From positions 1,484,263 through 1,548,262 of the forward strand of contig BDGG01000001.1 of NCBI GenBank assembly GCA_001949185.1: DNA of 64,000 nt, read 5' to 3'. A program made the position numbers and the translations under genes. This DNA is from Ramazzottius varieornatus (lineage: Eukaryota > Animalia > Tardigrada). Under the pieces are notes generated by a model that saw only the letters and a list, made by a program, of their open reading frames with translations, had not been told where the DNA came from and searched no databases. Below are positions 13,485 through 25,895 of the stretch, in pieces; the stretch's first letter is position 1; every line of letters starts with the position of its first letter.

Positions 13485-15920
13485 TTACCGGAATGGGAAG
13501 TTGCTGCCTCCTGCGAAGTTTCCAAGATCACCAAAATTACCAAAATTGCCCTGGCTGAAAGGATCACTTCTGTCAGAGAAAAATTCTCGCATACGGTTCC
13601 GATGCCTACCCTGTCCGCGTTCGTTGGAACTACCTTGACGATTCCGGTTATCAAAGGATGGTGGTGGCATCTGGTTGTCCGACGACTGTTGGGAATCACC
13701 ATCAGGACTAGAGAAGAAACTGTCGGCATTTGAGGAATCGTCCACTGGGACAGGTCTTCTTGTCATCATGGGCTGCACGGCAGGCTGTTGTGGTGTGGTT
13801 GTCGTGGTTGGTGTGGTCGTAGTGGTAGTAGTAGTGGTCGTGGTTGGTGTGGTCGTAGTGGTAGTAGTAGTGGTCGTGGTTGGTGGTGGAATGACGGGCG
13901 TAGGTGCAGCATCTGGAACCAGAAGCGAAGCCCTATGAATGCTATAGTCAAGTCTTTAATGCTGTAGTTAAGGCTTGACGCCCTGATTACCGCCGTACTC
14001 ACTGTTAGTACAATACGGCACTTTTTCGCTCCCCATAATAATTTCCATTTTGCCCGGTTTAAACCAAACTTTTTCTCTTTGCCTGGTTTGCCGTATTATC
14101 ACCGAAACGCAGCTGATGACCACTGGTCAGTACAACTTCCGCAGGCTGGAAAAAATCCTTACGATTTCGGGCAGTTTCGGGGGTATTTTAGGTTTCATAT
14201 CTTTGCTCGAGATACATACCTACCATCTGTTTAGCAAAAACTTGAAATACTAAGGAGAGCTTCCTCTACCGATACTAGGCTTGGGACAAACTTGGTGTCA
14301 TCGGTGCGTCCAGAAAAAAATCAAAACGGTCAGGGCTACTTTTCCCAAATTGACCTTTACGGCCTGCCAATCTCCACAATTTCGAAATTCTGTAAGTTGT
14401 CTATTGGCTAATCTGGGTTACGCCTCCCCCTTTTCCTCCAGTTAAAGTTCTGTGCTCACAGTGAGTACGCTGGTAATCTGCTGACATGAAAAGCTTGGTA
14501 TGCAGTGTGTTAAAGAAAGGCTCGAAGCACCCAGTTTTTCATGGCTGAATGCGTACACACAAGACGAGAAACTAAAGCCGCCAACAAAAATTACGAACGA
14601 GGCCTCTTCGCTACGGCGGTTCAAATGCATGCAAGTACGCGGCTAATTCAGAGTAATACACTTTCGACACTTTTCTACGGTTAATTTCCGGTTGAATTTC
14701 CAGTGAGTTTCCATGAGTTTTTTACGGAGTTGGCCGTCCCTTCCCCCAGTCCCAAAATGTCTACTGTCCCATAATTTCCTATCGTACGTCTACTATATTA
14801 CCAAAGCGATGCCGCCTGCAGCAGCGCGGGGTAGTAGGGGTACTTGATACTTACTTTGCCTGTTCCCGGATCCGCTGCCATTTCTGTTCAGGGTCTGTGT
14901 TTGGCTTCCCTGTTGTCGCTGTGGATTTTGGTTCTGTGAGGTTCCTCCATTATTTGGCACGGATGCAATGCGTTGGGCTTGGTTAGGTTGGTTATTTGGC
15001 GGATTACTTGTACTAGGATCGCCACCTACGGAGCCTCGAGCATTGCTGGTCGCCACAGCATTGCCACCTCCGACGAAAATGTTTGCTTTGTTGATAGTCG
15101 ATGCTGACTCATTACCGCTTGTTCCAATCCCGGGTCCCGAGATCTCCGCAGTTGTGTCCGCGTTGGCCGAAGCAGACCCGTTCATTTTTCCAGCTACAGA
15201 GTTGGCGCTAGACCGAGCGTTATTCCCAGTATTCTGAGAACCGCGATACTCGCTGGATGAGGTGCCGAGGGGACCGTTAATGTCTAGAGTGAATGCCAGG
15301 CTGTTAGCCAGGTCGAGGCTGGGATTCTGGCGGTTAATGTGCTGAGCTTGCGATAGGGAGGTGGCAGCACTGTAGCTGGGTTTCAGGTTCAAGTTGGTGA
15401 GGCTGCTCCAGTCAGGGTTTTCGAGGGAAGGTAGTGATCCGAGTGCCTTCATCGGACCCATCGGACCCATCGGAGAGAAAGTTGCAAAAGGCTTCAGCTG
15501 TCTTTTCCGGCGTGATTGGGTGTAACTTCCTTGCGGTACAAGCGTGAGGGGAGAAGCGTCAGATGGTACTAATCTTTTTGAACGTTCGCTGTCTCCGATG
15601 AACTGGGTATCTGGAAAGAATGCACAGACATTGACTGCTACTAGAGTCTACAGGATGTATGACCGCGAAAAATTAAGCCAGACTTTTCACCTAATTAATT
15701 TCATTTGCTAAAATCTACCATGCGGAAGTCAGTAAACCGTAGGGGGACTAAATTCCTAATCATGGAAGAGTGTCGTAACTTTGTTACACCAGTATTACGC
15801 ACCTGACGAAGGAACATGACGGCGAACACGATTCGAAGAATAGAGTGCCGCTGATGAGCCTGGAACGATAAACCTGGGCTCCGTGAGGAATATCAGTAGA
15901 ATGAATCGAAGGTCCAACAT
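13485..15920 (-). CDS. Secreted low-complexity Ser/Asn/Gly/Thr-rich (mucin-like) proprotein, ~433 aa; exons 15920-15803, 15610-14855, 13912-13485
   Basis: Two phase-1 GT-AG introns join the ORFs in frame. Hydrophobic N-terminus MLDLRFILLIFL, furin-like sites RVRR, RSKR and RRKR, a poly-Thr/Pro tract, and a GNFG-rich tail. Confidence 0.65.
13790..13890. repeat. Coding tandem repeat (33-bp unit duplicated; ACN-rich on the - strand) encoding PTTTTTTTTTT
   Basis: ggtcgtagtggtagtagtagtggtcgtggttgg occurs twice in tandem. Confidence 0.85.
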
Positions 15921-17340
15921 ATTGTATTCGGATCCGAATGGCACAACGACGGTGGGGGAACGGAAAGGAAATTCGCATAAACGGACAAGGTGAGATTCTT
16001 TATCCCATGGCCCGAATGAAGATCGCCGTTTCTTCAGTTCTTCACTGGTTTCGAACTGGAAACCGGCGTCAACAGCAGCACTGTTATTCCATGAATGACA
16101 GGAAGACTGAACTGAAGAAAGATGGAAACAAGCTCGGACTGCAACAATTTCGTATTGCAGAGACGTTGCTGTTCGGCTGATTGCTGATTTACGACAATTC
16201 AATAAACAGTAAACAAGTATTCATCACCAGACAAGCAAGAAATCGAGTGACGAAAAATCTAGAATTTATTTCCCAGAGTTTTCCGCATTGTCTCGTATTG
16301 ATAGTCAGACCTTACTCACCATTGCAGCACTGATTGCAGTATACATAACGGAGTGGTGATGGAAGTGCACGTACCGTGCAGAAAGAAAACGTTGCCTGAG
16401 GATATTGTTGTGTTTTGCAAAGTTAACGTTAGACCAACAGGTTTTTAGCTGCTTTCCGTAATCATTCAAGGTTAGTGTTAAGTTTTGACACTTTAGTTAA
16501 CCAAACTGGTCGCAGCAGACTGGACGTCGGGATGTCGGGACGTCATTCTGGACAAATGCGCGTTGAACAAGTCGTAGAGGTTTTAGCATTCAAACACCTA
16601 CACAGACAATGGTTATGGAGGGAAGGCCCTACCCAACGTGGTTGGAAAATGGTCTTTGGAAATTACGACAAGAAGATTGCTGGTGGCACTGCTCGCTATC
16701 CCTGCACCCACCAGAAGCTAATTAGACTGGCATGCTGTTTGGTACTGTTTCCCCTCCACAGACTACATTAAAAATCTTATACCCAGATTTCAATCGTTGT
16801 GCGCACTGATCAGTGCACCATACAGATTTCCGGTGCCTTCGTCTGACCTTCTGTAGCTCGTGACCTGTGGTCAAGATTCGTGTTCTTCAGGGTCTAATTG
16901 ATCTGTATAAGTCTTGTTCAAGCATCCCTTTAGAGTCTGGAAACTAGGAAACGTTCTCCTGATCATGAACAATTTGGACGGACACCATTCTGACGCATTC
17001 CCGTACGCAGATACCCATATACTGTACTGGACCCGTAAAGCATGTACCGAACAGGCGATCGATGCCGAAACAGCGGCACGAAAGCGATCGAATGATACAC
17101 ACCCACGTACCTTCGACATTTTTGTACGAATGAATCAATGATTTGCCGTCTCTTCCGCCTGGTCCATTAACTTTTTTACTCGCAGTAGACTGTAGGTTCC
17201 TATTGTGTGCGTACAGTATATTCCTTGACGCTCTCGTTTTCTTACGCTAATTTGATTCGGTGTTTATTAATACCATATCACTTCGCATCGTGACTAGGCT
17301 CTTGTGGAAGTTAGACATCAGATACTCCACTCTTTTGTGG

Positions 17341-17767
17341 TACACTGTCTCCCAATAATGAGTGACCCCCCTTACCTGTACTCGAAAAATCGTATCTCCT
17401 GTCCCTGTACTCCAATTTCGATCGTCCAAATTGTGTTTGAAAGAAGATGGTTCGATCTACGCGGTCACGTGACTTGGCAGGACCATAATCAAGAAATCAA
17501 CTGGCACGACAAACTTTGCCGACCTTCGAAACTGAGTGTGTTTTCTCACCAACGCAGTCTAATCTCCGAATGCCAAGCCTCTGCACCCTAGCATTCTAAA
17601 AATGCAACAAACGTCGAAATCTCCAGCAAAACAGAAAGCAAGACATTCGGACGTTCCGTCGAGGAGTAACATGAAGTGATCTAATGATCGAAATTGGAGT
17701 ACAGGGACAGGAAATACGATTTTCCGAGTACAGGTGAGGGGGTCGCTCATTATTGGGAGACAGTGTG
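17341..17767. mobile_element. Non-autonomous Tc1/mariner-like foldback element with ~80-bp TIRs
   Basis: cactgtctcccaataatgagtgacccccc...ccaatttcgatc (17343-17423) is the near reverse complement of 17686-17765. TA on the left, TG on the right. Confidence 0.8.
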
Positions 17768-18063
17768 AGTAGCTCCAGAGCCCGGCCAAGATACGCACCG
17801 CCCGACGTCACCAGGTGTTCACTCCGATCGATTCACCGATCGTAATGCTGTACCGACACATTCAATCAAATCTACCCATCAATTGCAAATTTTCATCAGG
17901 GTGACGTCGGAAAACGTTGGGCGAAGCTGTCTCGGCCAGCTCTTCGGGCTGCAGTAACGAAGTTCAGTCGAGCAATGAAACATCTGATACCACAAAAGAG
18001 CTTACAGTTTCAAGCTAGTACCTTCTCTTGTCAAGACCGGGCTTCTTCTACACGTTTACTACA

Positions 18064-19113
18064 ATGAACACCTCCCTCGCCAACCTATCGACGTCGTCTT
18101 CAAATCAAACAATGACCGGTCAGTATATTGTTGGTTCTATCGCCAGTCTCATTGCTTTCGTCACCGTAGTTTTAAACCTCACCATCCTTACCACATTCAT
18201 CCGCTACCCAGATATCCGCACACCGTTCAACATTTACATTCTCAACTTGACCATTGCCGACCTACTCTGCGCCTCGTTCAGCATGACCGGTGTCATAGCG
18301 AACACCGTAGTCCCAGCTTGGCCATGGGGTGTCACCTACTGTTCCATCTTCATGTACATGGACTGGATGTTCCTGGCGGCTGGATTGCAGAATCTCGCGT
18401 TGATCGGAGCTGACCGGTTGTGGTCCATTTTGAAACCTGTCCACTACCGCGCTTACCGCTCGGTGAAGGTCAGCGTGATAATCTGCGTCTCAACCTGTAT
18501 ATACCTGCATTTGGTCATCGTTCCTTTCATCACTATGGACCGAACTCTGTACGCTTTTGAGGACCCAGATATTTGTGTCACGAATATCAAAGCCCAAGAA
18601 TTATACACAGCTTTTCTGGAACTCGTCGTTTACGGTGGACCGTTGGTTTTCGTCTTGTTCTGCTACATTCTCATGGCTTACAAGCTTCGCAATCGAAGAT
18701 TTCAACAACGGAAGCGGGTGAACCCTGTCGAAGCAACATCACGAAGTCATATGGTACCGAGGTCAAGTATGGTGGCAGCGGGCCAATCAAAAGCACCAGG
18801 ATCTCTAGCACAAACCGGAAGCTCAGAGGGAGTGATCCTAACCAGCGCAGAGTATGCGACAAGAAGCGCAAGGTTGGAGAACAGGCTGAACCGAAGTTTG
18901 CTGATCTTGGCATTCGTCGGGCTGATCTGCTGGACACCGGCCATTGTATACTACCTGGTGGCGATATTCCAGGCGGACTTTTCGATTCCGTTGTACTACG
19001 ACATCGCTATCGCATTAGAGTTTCTAAACTGCATGGTGAACCCAATCATCTATCACTACAGTTTGCCGGACATCCGGAAAGCGGTCGGGAACTTATTCGG
19101 CAAAAGGGGTTGA
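18064..19113 (+). CDS. Intronless class A GPCR, aminergic type (muscarinic/histamine-receptor-like), 349 aa
   Basis: 7 hydrophobic segments; N-terminal N-glycosylation sites; LTIADL (TM2); Asp at 3.32 (18 residues before the R of DRL); P..YRA after TM3; CWTP (TM6); NPIIY (TM7). Confidence 0.92.
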   Translation: MNTSLANLSTSSSNQTMTGQYIVGSIASLIAFVTVVLNLTILTTFIRYPDIRTPFNIYILNLTIADLLCASFSMTGVIANTVVPAWPWGVTYCSIFMYMDWMFLAAGLQNLALIGADRLWSILKPVHYRAYRSVKVSVIICVSTCIYLHLVIVPFITMDRTLYAFEDPDICVTNIKAQELYTAFLELVVYGGPLVFVLFCYILMAYKLRNRRFQQRKRVNPVEATSRSHMVPRSSMVAAGQSKAPGSLAQTGSSEGVILTSAEYATRSARLENRLNRSLLILAFVGLICWTPAIVYYLVAIFQADFSIPLYYDIAIALEFLNCMVNPIIYHYSLPDIRKAVGNLFGKRG

Positions 19114-20810
19114 CTCGAGCAGTATATAGTGGCCAGATGTTGCCAAGTGTACCGGTGCGTATTTCTAGTGGCATCAGGTATGCTGTTTGGGAACGTGGAA
19201 CACCGAAAGAAGTAGTCCAGAGTAGTGAAATGCAATGCTAAAAATATAACTGTATTATTTTTACGACTGCATCATTATCCGGCGGTGTGCGTCCATCGGC
19301 CATCCTGTTAGGAACTGTTATGGTTGTGCAGTCATCCGCCCGACCGGTCACAGCTAAACGTGGCTCTGAATCCCAGCTGAGTCTTCGAGATGTGAAGACC
19401 AAATGCTCTCCAAAACGGCCCAACACTGCCACCGGAAATTACAACCCGTCATCCTGTGCACTTGAGCCGTTGATTAATCGTCGTCATTTGGAAGAGGCGC
19501 GTACACCTGGTGTTTACGCTGCTAAGTATTACGAAAAGGAAACTCAAAAGAGGCCAAAAATCACCCCTTGTAAGTCTGAACTCCGAGATTTTTCTCACCT
19601 GTTAAACAAGTATTGTGAGATCAGGTGTTTGACTGCCGTCACGTTCACTTTGTAGCTTCTTGGCGTCACGAGCAACCGGCAGTATTCGTGAGGCAACGGC
19701 CAAGGTACACACCAGGTGGTGTCAAGATTCAGTGGGCGGATGAAACCATGCAGGATTTGGGGGCGTGCACGGTGGGAGCCCAAACGTCGAACATGTGAGT
19801 CGGTGAGTTGATTTCGATCGTTTGCGTTACCTATTTCATTTAACTTATTACGAAAGTCTTGTATACTGAGTGTTCGGGGTGTCTGACATGACCTTTCACA
19901 TTTAGACATCCTGCGGGATTTGACTTTCCGAATGAAAGAATTCTGTATTCCAAACCTCGCAAAATCACAGAACGGTCCACGTCACTGACTGGCTGTAAGC
20001 GGGCTCCTGGCATGGATCGTACATCTTACTGTCAGATGAAAACTGATCCATTTCACTCGCTCGTGCTGTAGTTGACAAGTATGTGGACGAGTCCTCTGCA
20101 AAAAGGAAGGCGCAAGATGATCTTAGAACGCAGACTGGATCTGTGCCAACAGGTAATGTACAGTAAATCCTGCTCATTGTATGCCCGTATATTCAGACCA
20201 ATGCAGTGCGGAAAGTAAACTACAAATCTTGTTCTGTAGCTCAGATTGTGGTAATTTTCAAGTCGAAGGAAAAGGATCTGGCAACGAGTATCCCGCTGGG
20301 CAAGAAATTTCCCCAGACGAATGACATCAGATCCGCACCGGAATTCCGCGTCTTGGCGAGCAAAGTAACTGCTGCTATAGGTTGGTCTATCACGATCCAA
20401 AAAGAACCCGTATGAGACGCAGGAAACACTGCGTCAATCTTTATTATTTTTAGCTGAGTTAATTTCCGCTGGATCGTCGGGAGATCTACGTGACGCGAAA
20501 GAGATTGAAAAGTTCGAGCGCGAACTGAACTCTCGGATAAACCGACGCGAGGAAAATACATCATCAACCACTCTCGAGAGGGAACAGAACGAACGCGATG
20601 ACTTTACGCAGATGGATATACTACCTGGTGGTCAGGATGACAAAAACACCGAGACGTACAAGCGCTCAGTGTACGACAAAGAAACCTCCAGCAGCTTGGC
20701 TAGAGCTCATTTCGACTCTTTTGCGCAACATCATGCTGCTGCCATCGTCCATCCTGGTATTTTTATCTTCCATTCTTCCCTTCTGATACAATACAAATCG
20801 ATTTTTTAGT

Positions 20811-22217
20811 CCTCAACAGCTTTTTGATAATGCAGAAACAAACGACACTCCAAAGCCACCGGACGTCTCTTACGTTGAAGTTATAGCAGGTCATTCGGAT
20901 CAACGCATTTCCGCTCCCATTCACGAACAGACAGGAAACCATGCCTATCCGGCTCCAGGTCCCGAAGCGACGAAATCCAATACCGAGCAGTACGAAAGAT
21001 TTCCACACGAAGGTCCCGTGGGGCAGGAATCGAAATTCAAAACTACACAGCATGTACCGGAAACACTGTCGGCTGTTCGGAGCGAGTTAGGTGCTTCAGA
21101 GGCTGCGAAAGCGACCTCTTCATCTGAGCTTTTGGGACCGACGAAAACACCATCCGAGGCGATAAGCACTGAGTCTGCCATCATTCGCAAAGCCACGCTC
21201 ATTGTAGACGATTTGATGGAATCGGTTGACGATGAAAACGTTCCGGATGGCTCGCCTTCGGATACCCCAAGAGTCAACCTCGATGCCCTTATGAGAACAT
21301 ACACCGCTAAAACAGCGAATGAAGGTGAGGCGTCAACAACACAATCGGTAGAAGATTTGGGACACTTCACTCCTTCCGAAGTCGTGTCGTGCACAGTCGG
21401 AAATCTTCAGAGCAAAGAAAACATACAGGAAGAACCACTGCAGGGTTACCGGGAAAGGGACGACATTGTCGCAGTCGACAGCAAGCTGCAAGAGGCAAGA
21501 GATACCATTATAGAACTGCTGGAAGCTGTGGATAACGACCAAAAGTTAGGTAGCGAACTTAGTCTGACGACAGTCAAAGGAACGGCTAGCAGGGAAAACC
21601 AACATCCAGAACATCTGAAATCGTCCGTTGCTTCGTTGCGACAAGTGATAAGTACTGCTTCCTCCCCCGACGAAAATGTACAGGACCAGCTTTCTAACCT
21701 GTCGTACGCGTCTCCAAGTACAGAAGAAATCAAAGAACCTCCCACAGAAAATTCGTCGCTGGTTAAACCTCAGGAGAGTCAGCTTGAACCGGCTCAAGTA
21801 GTTTCCAATGTCCCCTTGGAAAACACAACAGATCTTCATACAGATGTAGTGCAGAAAGAACAGGTACACAGGGAAAGAGAAGACAGCAAAAAGGAAGAAA
21901 CAAGGGACACCATTGTGGAAGTATTGGAAGCCGTGGACAACAACCCGCAGTTCGACAGCCAACTGAATGTAGCCACGCCCCTGGCGGCACCCGAACCCTC
22001 GACCGAAATTCCACCCGATACTCCACTTAACACCGAAGAGAAACAACCGGATTATCTGACGCCATCTGATGCCCGTTTACCGGAGCCCGTATATTCCACC
22101 ACGTCAACACAAGACGCAGAAGAGATCGTGGAAGATTTTCTTGATATTTCTCCTTCAAAACTTCCTGTTGATTCTAGCTCGAATGTCGCAATCGGACCGC
22201 TGACTCAAGCAGATTAA
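20811..22217 (+). CDS. Orphan acidic Ser/Thr/Glu/Pro-rich disordered protein (5' exon unresolved)
   Basis: The frame is open from ~20787 to 22217 (>460 codons) and contains an internal duplication (RDTI(I/V)E(L/V)LEAVDN twice). Confidence 0.65.
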   Translation, partial: PQQLFDNAETNDTPKPPDVSYVEVIAGHSDQRISAPIHEQTGNHAYPAPGPEATKSNTEQYERFPHEGPVGQESKFKTTQHVPETLSAVRSELGASEAAKATSSSELLGPTKTPSEAISTESAIIRKATLIVDDLMESVDDENVPDGSPSDTPRVNLDALMRTYTAKTANEGEASTTQSVEDLGHFTPSEVVSCTVGNLQSKENIQEEPLQGYRERDDIVAVDSKLQEARDTIIELLEAVDNDQKLGSELSLTTVKGTASRENQHPEHLKSSVASLRQVISTASSPDENVQDQLSNLSYASPSTEEIKEPPTENSSLVKPQESQLEPAQVVSNVPLENTTDLHTDVVQKEQVHREREDSKKEETRDTIVEVLEAVDNNPQFDSQLNVATPLAAPEPSTEIPPDTPLNTEEKQPDYLTPSDARLPEPVYSTTSTQDAEEIVEDFLDISPSKLPVDSSSNVAIGPLTQAD

Positions 22218-22478
22218 AGTCTTACTTTTTCTTCCGTATCATACCTAAATTTCCTTGTTTTTGGTCCCATGATAGCCGGCCTACTGTTGCAGCTTAGGAA
22301 CACTATCCCATTTTCGTGCGTTCCTTCCTTTTTCTATATATTACCACGCCCAAAGACTTATGTTTTCAGTCCGTATTTAATGGACGAACGATAAATGCAT
22401 CGAGCAACAAACTATTTACGTTATCTACCAGAATTCTGAGATTAAGTGGAATGTGTGTTGAGTTTTAATGACCAATCC

Positions 22479-25400
22479 ATGCCACCAAAGAAGACGAAAC
22501 CTGCGAATCCAGCCAAGACCGCTTCGAAAGATGGCTCATCAGCCAACGCCGATGGTCCATCCGGCAGCATTTCGAGTCGACTTGCGCAGAACCCATTACC
22601 CACTATCGATGTTACGCCCTCCGCTGTCTCACCTGTGGATGTCCTACCCACGGCCACCAAACCACACAAAAATCTAGCTGCCGATGTTGATCCAGTTCCG
22701 ACTATTATCCCACAACGAGATCAGATACCCCGGAGTATCCACTTTGTGCCAGTTGTGGACGAAAATATTGTACCTCAAAACATACCCCGTTTTGCCGACG
22801 AAAAACCTTCCATCGATCAGACAAAATTGCGCCATCATGATATCGCCGTCAAAAAGTATCCTTTCCGCCACGAGCAAATCGACCACCATCTAGATCAAAC
22901 TCGTCGCGTCCACCATGCTGACTTCGCTGTCCCGCAGAAGGTATTCAACGCCTCCAAGAGCGACGAAAGCATCACTTTTGAAGAGGCTGTATTACCCACA
23001 GAAAATTTCCACGCTGAGCGTCCGTCGGTGGGTCAAGCTGACCACCATGACCACATCGAATCCGAAGTCGACAAGATGGATGAAAGAACCCAAGAACTAC
23101 TCGAAAATACCAGCCTGACTTCAGTCTATCCCACCGATATGAAATCCGACTTAACGTTAGACGAGGTTCCTGTGTCGCTATTGGACGAAAATAAGGTGGA
23201 CGATAGGGCCTGGGAAGTATCAGGTTTCATCAATGATCGAAAGGACGTCAAAGTTTTCTTCGAAAATTTTATCTTCAATCCGGACACGTACCCATCGAGC
23301 TATCCGCTTTTGCAAACCAACATCGCCAAGAGGAAGAAACGGTTTACCATTGCGGAACCACCGTTCTGGCAGATGGTGCCACCCGAGCTGACAGAAACAC
23401 CTACGCCCAGTCACTCAAATCGCCATCATGGTAAGGGCCTGTAGGTGTCGTGGGTCTAGCTCGCAATGAATGACCTTATCTAGTGTAGCATAAGGGACCC
23501 ATCGTAGAAAAAAACAGTTCTTTCAGAACTGTTAGTGTGGAAATTTATGGTAGGTAATGTTTGAGTTCTGCGAACTGCAGTTGAAACTTCGTTTGACGCA
23601 AAATCCGCCGAACAGTTACCGGGTTGAAAAACAGATAGAGTATCTGAGTCGTGGCGGCCCAGTTGTGTAACAATGGTTCTGTTTTCCAAAGCACTCTTTT
23701 TTTGACATGAGGGTCAAGCATGTCGAAGGGCATCGCATGGTGAGCTTGCCGTACCTCGCCGTGGCTCGAAGTCTCAAAAAACGTTTCCCCCTTTTTAGAA
23801 GATTTTCCCGAAAATTCACCAGCTGAGATACCCTCACTTGAGCGGTTTTGCGTCCGAACAGATGTAGCCGCATTCCCACGCTGTATGATGTCACCGTGAC
23901 GTCGAAAAATTTTCATTCAACATTTCGAGCCTCTTCAAATTTTTCTGACGTAGCCGCTTGACCACTGGTCAGGAGGCCGAATGAACTCGAGCATCGTTTT
24001 CGCCGATGCCTGTTACATCTGACTGCCTCAGTAGTTCAACTTTGGGCTTGGGGTCCCAAAACTTAAATGTCAATTCGTGAACACTTCCTGAACAAAAACC
24101 CATCGTTACAAAACTGGGTTGCCAGTACCCATTTGTATGGAATGAATACCGGATACCTTTTGAATCTTTAAAACTAGATATCCGTCAAATTCGCTGTAGG
24201 GAAGACTGGATCGTCTCCTGCTGCCTTATCCCCCGCCGATGCTAAGAATGCGAAGAAAGGAAAATCGCCGGTTACGGTGGTCGAACCAGATCGGGATTCT
24301 CCTACTGACAATGACCAGCAGGAAAAACCGATAAGAGAAGAAAAGAAAGGCGGGAAGAAACAGGGACAGCGGGTCTCAGCCTCGGATGGCGCACCAAGTT
24401 CAATGTTGAAACCCGGAGAACTGACACCGCTGAAAAATGTTCTAAAGGGTGTGGAACGACCACAGACCGGTGGTAGCCGGTTTGACCTGAAGGCGGTGGC
24501 TAGTACCATGAACAAGCCATCCTCCATTGCTGAACCGGCGAAAGCGCCAGAGATCGGTCAACCACCTGTTGCGGAAGCAATCAAAGAGCGGTCGTCTTGG
24601 GAAGCATTCTTCGGGGAAAGTGAGAAATTGATCGACGAAGCTTTCGATCCCAACGAAGCGGGAACAGGATATGACACGGTGCACGGACCTACCGGTCTAA
24701 GGTAAAAGCAGTTCCCTGCTTAGTTTCCTTTGGCTTTCTTCAAAACTTTTCGTAAGATTTTTTGATCGCGAGGTAAAGGCTGTAAACTTAGCCGACCCAT
24801 ACCAGGTTTATAAAGTTAGCCCCAGCTGTTTCGTCTATCGCTTGATTGACCATTTGAGTGGCAGTCTTAGATTTTTAACATGGGACTTCAACGTTTCTTT
24901 AATTGCGGATCTCTTGAATTCTCTGAATCCTCACGTTGACTTTACCCAATACCATTCGACAGCCCATTATTGTACCTATCGCTCTATCCATAAACGTTTG
25001 GAATTAAGTAGAGAACAGGCGAACTTGGAAGGCTAACTTCACAAACCCGGTGTGTGGCGGCTATCTTTGAAACCTCTCCCTCGTATATCAAGTAATATTG
25101 ACTTTTTGCAGATATCATACAGTAGGTTTAATTGTAAATTTACAGTTACTCAAAATAAATCTTCTACGTTTGATCGTACTTCAAAACATTTGTAAAGTAC
25201 GTTGTACATCGAACCGTGGATATAAACAAGTTTGTCGGCTCGTCATCGTCGCTTTTGACCTTTCCTTTGTGTCGCAGGAAACAGTTTCTGGAAGATGAAA
25301 GAACCAGCGGATTTTTCAAGAAGCTTCTCGACGAACTGGTCACGGAGTGGCTGCACCACAGATCCTCGCTGGATGCCTCCACCCAAAATGAGGGAAGAGG

Positions 25401-25895
25401 CGATGAACGTCTCCACCCTAGCCTGCAAGACGCCCTCTCTGTAATTCGAAAGAAGAAGAAAGACTCAGGAAACTGGAGTCAGCAGGTCTTCCGCGGCGCA
25501 GCTGATGCGTATGTGGAGAGGTTAGAAGGTCTCCAGAAGGTAACTTGAAGGTACATCGATCCCACGTCTTACTCTTAGCCTAACCAGATACTGTACTCTC
25601 GGAGGCCCGAGGGTAAGAATAGCTTAATGAATCTTGAATCACCCGATGTTCTAGGTTGCCTATCCGCAATACGATCGTGGACCACGGCAATGCACAGTTC
25701 CGATTCCCAACCTGACATACGATAAGTTCGACGGAGTTAAAGCAGTGCTGCGTCGAGAGTTCTCCTACAGCACGAAGGAACCGTTCATGAAGACCTACGA
25801 GTCTCAGCTGTACCCCAACCAAGACCCCGGTCGGAAAACGTTTGTAGTCGGTCGCGAAGTCTTACGCTACTACGCTCCGATGACTTCGGCGAAAG
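22479..25895 (+). CDS. Orphan multi-exon protein; exons 22479-23430, 23527-23549, 24178-24701, 25278-25539, 25655-25895 (3' end uncertain, possibly 26823-26848)
   Basis: MPPKK start; GT-AG sites with compatible phases link the listed ORFs; no domain recognised. Confidence 0.6.
23740..23790 (-). repeat. Dispersed repeat family copy (intronic)
   Basis: The reverse complement ttttgagacttcgagccacggcgaggtacggc matches 6255-6288. Confidence 0.65.

Noticed and set aside
13675-13938. Poly-Val 'membrane' ORF on the + strand
   Set aside because: Antisense reading of the poly-Thr exon.
18064-19113. Possible opsin
   Set aside because: No Lys at the retinal-binding position in TM7 (Phe instead); it has D3.32 of aminergic receptors.
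18573-19241. 222-aa ORF overlapping the GPCR in another frame
   Set aside because: Non-ATG start and no recognisable features; a shadow of the GPCR coding sequence.
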